From Octopus vulgaris (lineage: Eukaryota): 64,000 bases of DNA. Each line of letters opens with the position of its first letter. Position 1 is the first letter of the stretch. The position numbers and the translations under genes were made by a program. The stretch is taken from assembly GCA_951406725.2 (NCBI GenBank), contig OX597830.1, forward strand, positions 61,070,001 to 61,134,000, given 5' to 3'. Positions 58,544 to 64,000 of the stretch are shown piece after piece. A model generated the notes under the pieces. That model was given only the letters and a program-made list of their open reading frames with translations, had not been told where the DNA came from and did not search any database.

Positions 58544-59802
58544 TTTACACACGCGCGCACAAACGCATGCATATACATACACGCACGCACATACACGTGT
58601 ATACACACACACACGTACACACCCTCACGTTTGTATTTATAGGAATTTCTTTGTATAAGAAGACGATAGAGTGCGAATGCGTTGTTGACGTTAAATGCCT
58701 GCATGTATGCGTGCGTGCATGCGTGAGTGTGCGCGCGCGCGCGTGTGTGTGTCTGTGTGTGCGAGTGTGCGAGTGTGTGTGTGTGTGTCTGTGTGTGTGT
58801 GTGTGTGTGTGTATGTGTTGCTGTTGACTTTTGATACTAAAATTGTGCGCTTTGTGGCTTAGGTTGAATGAACAAACCAAAGTTCACGTGATAGAGTTGG
58901 AGAGGGCTGGGCTAACAAGCGAGTGAAAGAGAGAGAAAGAGAAGGAAGGAGGAGGAGGAGAAGGAGGAGGAGAAAATGCAATACACAGATACAGAGGCAC
59001 TTACAAACACAGATAGACACACACAAACATATATATATATATATATACGTATACGGAGAGATAGAAAGAAATACGGTCAGCAAACAAGAGGAACAAGAGG
59101 AACAATAGATTTATCGAAAGAGGCAGCAGAAGGGACGAGTGGGAGGAAGATATTGAGAAAAAAGGGAGTGCAACAAAAAGAGAGATAGAAAGAAAGAACT
59201 ATAGAAAGAAATGAGGCCGAAGAGAGGAGAGGGCGGCGGTGAGAGAAAGAGAGGGAGAAGAGAGACAAAGAGAGAAAGAGTGAGAGTGAGAGATTTTGTG
59301 GGTAAAAATTGGGTGAAAGAGTTTGAAGTAATGGTTGAGAGATAACAGCAACAGCATAAACATAGCTGCTGTTACTACTACTATTACTACTATTACTATT
59401 ACTGCTGCTGCTGCTGCTACTGCTGCTTCCGCCGTGACAGCTACGACTTATTACTCATCGGTACTTGTAGCATAATAATATCTGACACTGGCACGAGACC
59501 GCTAATTCATAGAAGAGGGACCCCACAACCCATTTTCATATGTCTTATCAAATGGTCGATCGACTTGCTAGACATAGCAACCAAAACCACCCTATAACCA
59601 CCAACCGCACTCTACTATCTGACATTGAATTATTATTATTATATATCGAATAGTTTCGTCCCATTTATTCATATTATTTACAATTAAAATGCGAAATGGT
59701 CCGGTATAAACTTGGAACTTTATCACAGTCTCTAATAAATTTTGAGAGGAATCAGGTTTGATGACATTTGAGCCCGGAGATACAGGCGTTTGATCTCACA
59801 CA

Positions 59803-60175
59803 ACAGAAATTGGATCTTTTCGGTTTGAACGGCAGTTTTTTGAAATAATTTCCACGTAACTAAACACTTTTAAACTTCGTATACTGGTAGAATGTGTTTA
59901 TAAAACATCTTTTTCTCTTGGCTTTATTGAGAAAATTCTATAGTTTGTAAGTTGTTGTTTTTCTTCAATTTCTGCAATTTCAAACAATCAATGACGTCTA
60001 TTGAGGTGAAAACATTCTGTGCCGTATGAATATGTCCCTCGTTTAAGAAACAGATTGGGTTTATTTACATTTCTGAAGAAAAAAGATACCCTTCCCCTCA
60101 CCCCTAACCCTAACCCTAACCCTAAAACAGATTGAAATGCAATAGATCGATACTAGGGTCATAATTATGGGTGAC
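59803..60175. mobile_element. Unclassified non-autonomous element carrying (CCCTAA)3-4
   Basis: ccctaaccctaaccctaaccctaa at ~60102-60125 inside non-coding sequence; classification is only a guess. Confidence 0.4.
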
Positions 60176-60197
60176 AATAATAATAATAATAATAATG

Positions 60198-60258
<61 letters not shown>

Positions 60259-61084
60259 TAATAATAATAATAATAATAATTATTATTATTATTAATATTA
60301 TTATTATTATTATTATTATTGTTGTTGTTGTTGTTGTTGTGATGGTGGTGATCTGACAGAATCGTTTGAGCATCTTGTAGAATTTCTTCCGGTTCTTTAT
60401 GTTCTGACTTCCAATTCTGACGAGGTCATCGTTGCCTTCCATCTTTTCAGAGTCGAAAAGCTGAAGTACCTGTAAAGTCGAAACCCTGCCGAGGTCAGCT
60501 TTACCTTCCATTCTTACAGGGATCGATAAAATAAATTTTCAGTCAAGTACTAGTTCGATGTAATCGACTAACCCCACCCTCTAAAAACGTGCTGGTTTTC
60601 TACCAAAAAGACTCCATTTATATCCTGAACAGCCCCAAGTTACCTTGTAGCCACAAATAGGGACCTTGTGGCCCATGTTTGGAGGAGAGTGTCTGATTTC
60701 TTCTCGGTTAAGGTTATCTTTAATATGGCAGTCCTACCTATAATGATGCATGGTTTCTACAAAAATAGGTTTCAGGAAGTAAATAATCTAGATTAATCCG
60801 TCACACAACCTAATACTTAGTACGAACACAGCCAGATATCTCTTAGTTTTAATGCACGTAGGACATCATTTCCCATTCTTGGAAAAATACTATACTATAT
60901 TGTCTTGAATTCACACCAAGTCAATTATTCCTGGATGGACGATATTGCTATCCAAATCAAATACTACAAATAAATGAAATAAAGAAACACCAAATCAAAT
61001 ACTACAGTAGCAAACATAACACTATACAACCCCCACTCACCCGTAAAAAGAAAGGCAGTCTGAAGATTTGACAAGCGTGATGTG

Positions 61085-61142
<58 letters not shown>

Positions 61143-61242
61143 CACGAATAGAAAAACGTTGGTTCGATCAAATTTCTAGTCTGTTTGAACATTCCTCCAA
61201 TGAAAGAATGCCTTCTGTTAACGGGGGCGATGTACACATACG

Positions 61243-61591
61243 TATATTTTTTTACTACCCGCCAGGGGCTAAACACAGAGGGAACAAACAAGGACAGACA
61301 AAGGGATTAAGTCGATTACATCGACCCAGTGCGAAACTGGTACTTATTTAATCGACCCCGAGAGGATTAAAGGCAAAGTCGACCTCGGCGGAATTTGAAC
61401 TCAGAACGTAACGATAGACGAAATACCTATTTCTTTACTACCCGCCAGGGGCTAAACACAGGGGGAACAAACAAGGACAGACAAACGGATTAAGTCGACC
61501 TCGGCGGAATTTGAACTCAGAACGTAACGGCAGACGAAACATCGCTTAGCATTTCGTCCGGCGTGCTAACGTTTCTGCCAGCTCACCGCCG
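61243..61591 (-). mobile_element. SINE family A dimer with one flanking target-site duplication
   Basis: tgtacacatac at 61231-61241 and 61593-61603; internal junction at 61426/27. Confidence 0.88.
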
Positions 61592-62054
61592 CTGTACACA
61601 TACATATTTAAAGCGTATACACAGCGGCATAGTTAAACTGTTCCGCCTAATTTGCATAAAAATGCGTGTTGTAACAACGTGTTTAATTACTTGACAACGA
61701 GCTAAAATGGTAAATTCATATTAAATTCTAAAGCGTTCAAAGCGTCGTTGTCATGTATTATGGACGGATTAAGCAGGTTTTCAGCCAATTCACAGCCATG
61801 AAAATCACAACAGCAGTCATGGCAAACGGTTTCTGTAAAACTGACGGTAAACTTATGACAGGAAGTCTCTCGTCACAGACATGCTCTATCAGAGCTAAGC
61901 AACAATAAATAACTACAGTAACAGCAATAACAGCCTGCTAAGGTATATCGTTTACTGGCCCCAGAAAGACAGGGGAAGAAGTCGTTGTTGTTAGGGGGTG
62001 GTTGTGCGAGTTTCGACTTAACTCGGGGTAGTTATAATAGGGAGGTTCTCAATG

Positions 62055-62098
<44 letters not shown>

Positions 62099-62142
62099 AC
62101 AGAGTAACCTCATTTTATATATACATATATATATATATATAT

Positions 62143-62194
62143 ACTAGGAGAGAAAAAAATGTGTGTAGTGGCTAACGATCTATCATGGCGACTC

Positions 62195-62258
<64 letters not shown>

Positions 62259-62307
62259 TCGCCATGATAGATCGTTAGCCACTACACACATTTTTTTCTC
62301 TCCTAGT
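62143..62307. repeat. Inverted repeat, 54-bp perfect arms around a (TA)n spacer
   Basis: 62143-62196 is the reverse complement of 62254-62307. Confidence 0.93.
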
Positions 62308-62319
62308 TTTTCTGTATCC

Positions 62320-62355
62320 CTTTCTGTAGAAGAGCGTAGGCTCGAAACGTAAAAG
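62320..62355 (+). ncRNA. Minimal hammerhead-like motif (core CUGUAGA) in short element 62254-62446
   Basis: cttt-CTGTAGA-a-gagc gtag gctc-GAAA-cg-TA-aaag. Confidence 0.72.
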
Positions 62356-62779
62356 ACTTTTTCTATTCCTGTGCACTATACTAATACATCTATTTGTTCT
62401 GTACACCACCTGTCTTCGTCTTTTGTTTTTTTCGTAAACTCTCCCTATATATATATGATCATATGATGGGAGAAAAAGAACGGATTAGACAACAGCGTTA
62501 TGAAGACACTAGGCTTATTTTATTCAACGATTCCTTACAAAATGGCCAATGAGCCTCAACTTTAGTTTCTTCATGGGATCTTGAAGTTGAGATTCAGATT
62601 TAAGTTTTGAAGAGAGGAAGGCAAATAATTAGAAAAAATATCCAAAATGTGTGAATTCTGGGTGGGAAAGATAAGTAAATAGGTTGAGAAATAGTCGCAA
62701 ATTATGAAAGACCAACACCTCCAAAGTGAGACAACGAAATACAAATATTCAATTGTTATGATATACAGTTCCTATATCT

Positions 62780-63165
62780 TTTACCTTTTATTTGTTTCAG
62801 TCATTAGACTGCGGGCATGCTGGGGTACCACCTTGAAGAACTTTTAGTCAAATGAATCGATCTTTTTAAAAGCCTGGTACTTATTCTATTGTTCTCTTTT
62901 TTGCCGAACCGTTAAGTTACGGGGACGCAAACAAACCACCACCGGTTGTCAAGCAGTGACGGGAGACAAACATAGGCACAAAGACACACACACAAACACA
63001 CACACATTTACGATGGGCTTAGCTCCGTTAACCAAATCCACACAGAAGTGTTGGGTCGGCACAAGGCTATAGTAGAAGACATTTGTCCAGGGTGCCTCGC
63101 AGTGGGACGGAACCTGGAACCATGTGGTTGGGAAGCAAACTTCTTACCACAAAGCCACGCCTGCT
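62780..63165 (-). mobile_element. SINE family B
   Basis: Consensus match. Confidence 0.8.
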
Positions 63166-63307
63166 TCTATGAAAAACAAACAAAAGCATATTGAAGTGTC
63201 TGTATTAAACACAGACAGAAACTTAAAGATAAAGTCATAGTGATGTGAAAGAAATATTCAGTATAAAAATGGAAACAAAGCAAACACACATTTATACGTG
63301 TACATAT

Positions 63308-63371
<64 letters not shown>

Positions 63372-63768
63372 GTGCACATTTATACATACATGTCTCATAT
63401 ACATACGCAACGCCTCATAAGTTACGCGCGCATCGATGTATACCGATATTAGTCGGACATAAAATTCAAATGCGCACTTATAATCACTTATCGAAAATAT
63501 ATCGGAAGACTATAAGACGGCATCATACGAACACGGATACACAGACGCATAAAATGTGAAGTTACGGGTCTGATAATCAGAGACGTGCTACTTGTAATCG
63601 TGTAAGCCAGTACAATCTGTCTAGAGTCGGGCTGTTGACGATTAAACCGGCAATCCAGCCAAGCTTGCTTGGTGGCGAGGATGAATTTTGGACGCCCTGC
63701 GGGGTGAAAAATAAAACCTGTCAAAGGGCGTATGAACTCAAGAGTGTCGAAAGCCACCCAAAACAGTG

Positions 63769-63875
<107 letters not shown>

Positions 63876-64000
63876 TATATTATAGATATATGTATATATA
63901 TTATAATAAATATATATGATGGCATGTATACGTGTGTACGTGAGGGTATGTGCGTGCGTACATATTGATATATGTATTTATATAAAATACATGTGTATGT

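Noticed and set aside
58860-59460. Purine-rich tract and (CTA/CTG)n as a possible hh 5' UTR or promoter
   Set aside because: No adjacent signal peptide or CGPGR coding sequence; composition alone is not evidence.

Overview
Eukaryotic, AT-rich, microsatellite-saturated DNA. The repeat landscape resembles an octopus/coleoid cephalopod (inference, not tested). The only host coding sequence I can find is one 262-bp minus-strand exon (10574-10835) matching exon 2 of hedgehog, so the rest of the window appears to be two very large hh introns. These are filled with tRNA-derived SINEs (about 4 families), R4/Dong-like RLE LINEs beside (AAT)n tracts (one with an uninterrupted 794-codon RT-zinc knuckle-endonuclease frame), decayed RTE, Tx1/L1, mariner and Penelope-like fragments, and simple repeats. 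Nearly all ORFs in the supplied track are microsatellite artefacts. The most interesting hidden signal is a set of about 11 minimal type-I hammerhead-ribozyme-like motifs, mostly with non-canonical cores, carried by short non-coding elements. These elements repeatedly occur as divergent (5'-to-5') inverted duplications: a perfect 105-bp-arm palindrome, a tandem-plus-inverted ~330-bp retrozyme-like unit, and a tRNA-like head joined to a hammerhead. A second signal is SINE concatemers that always join at the same self-complementary junction. All folds and alignments were done by eye, and repeat boundaries are approximate.
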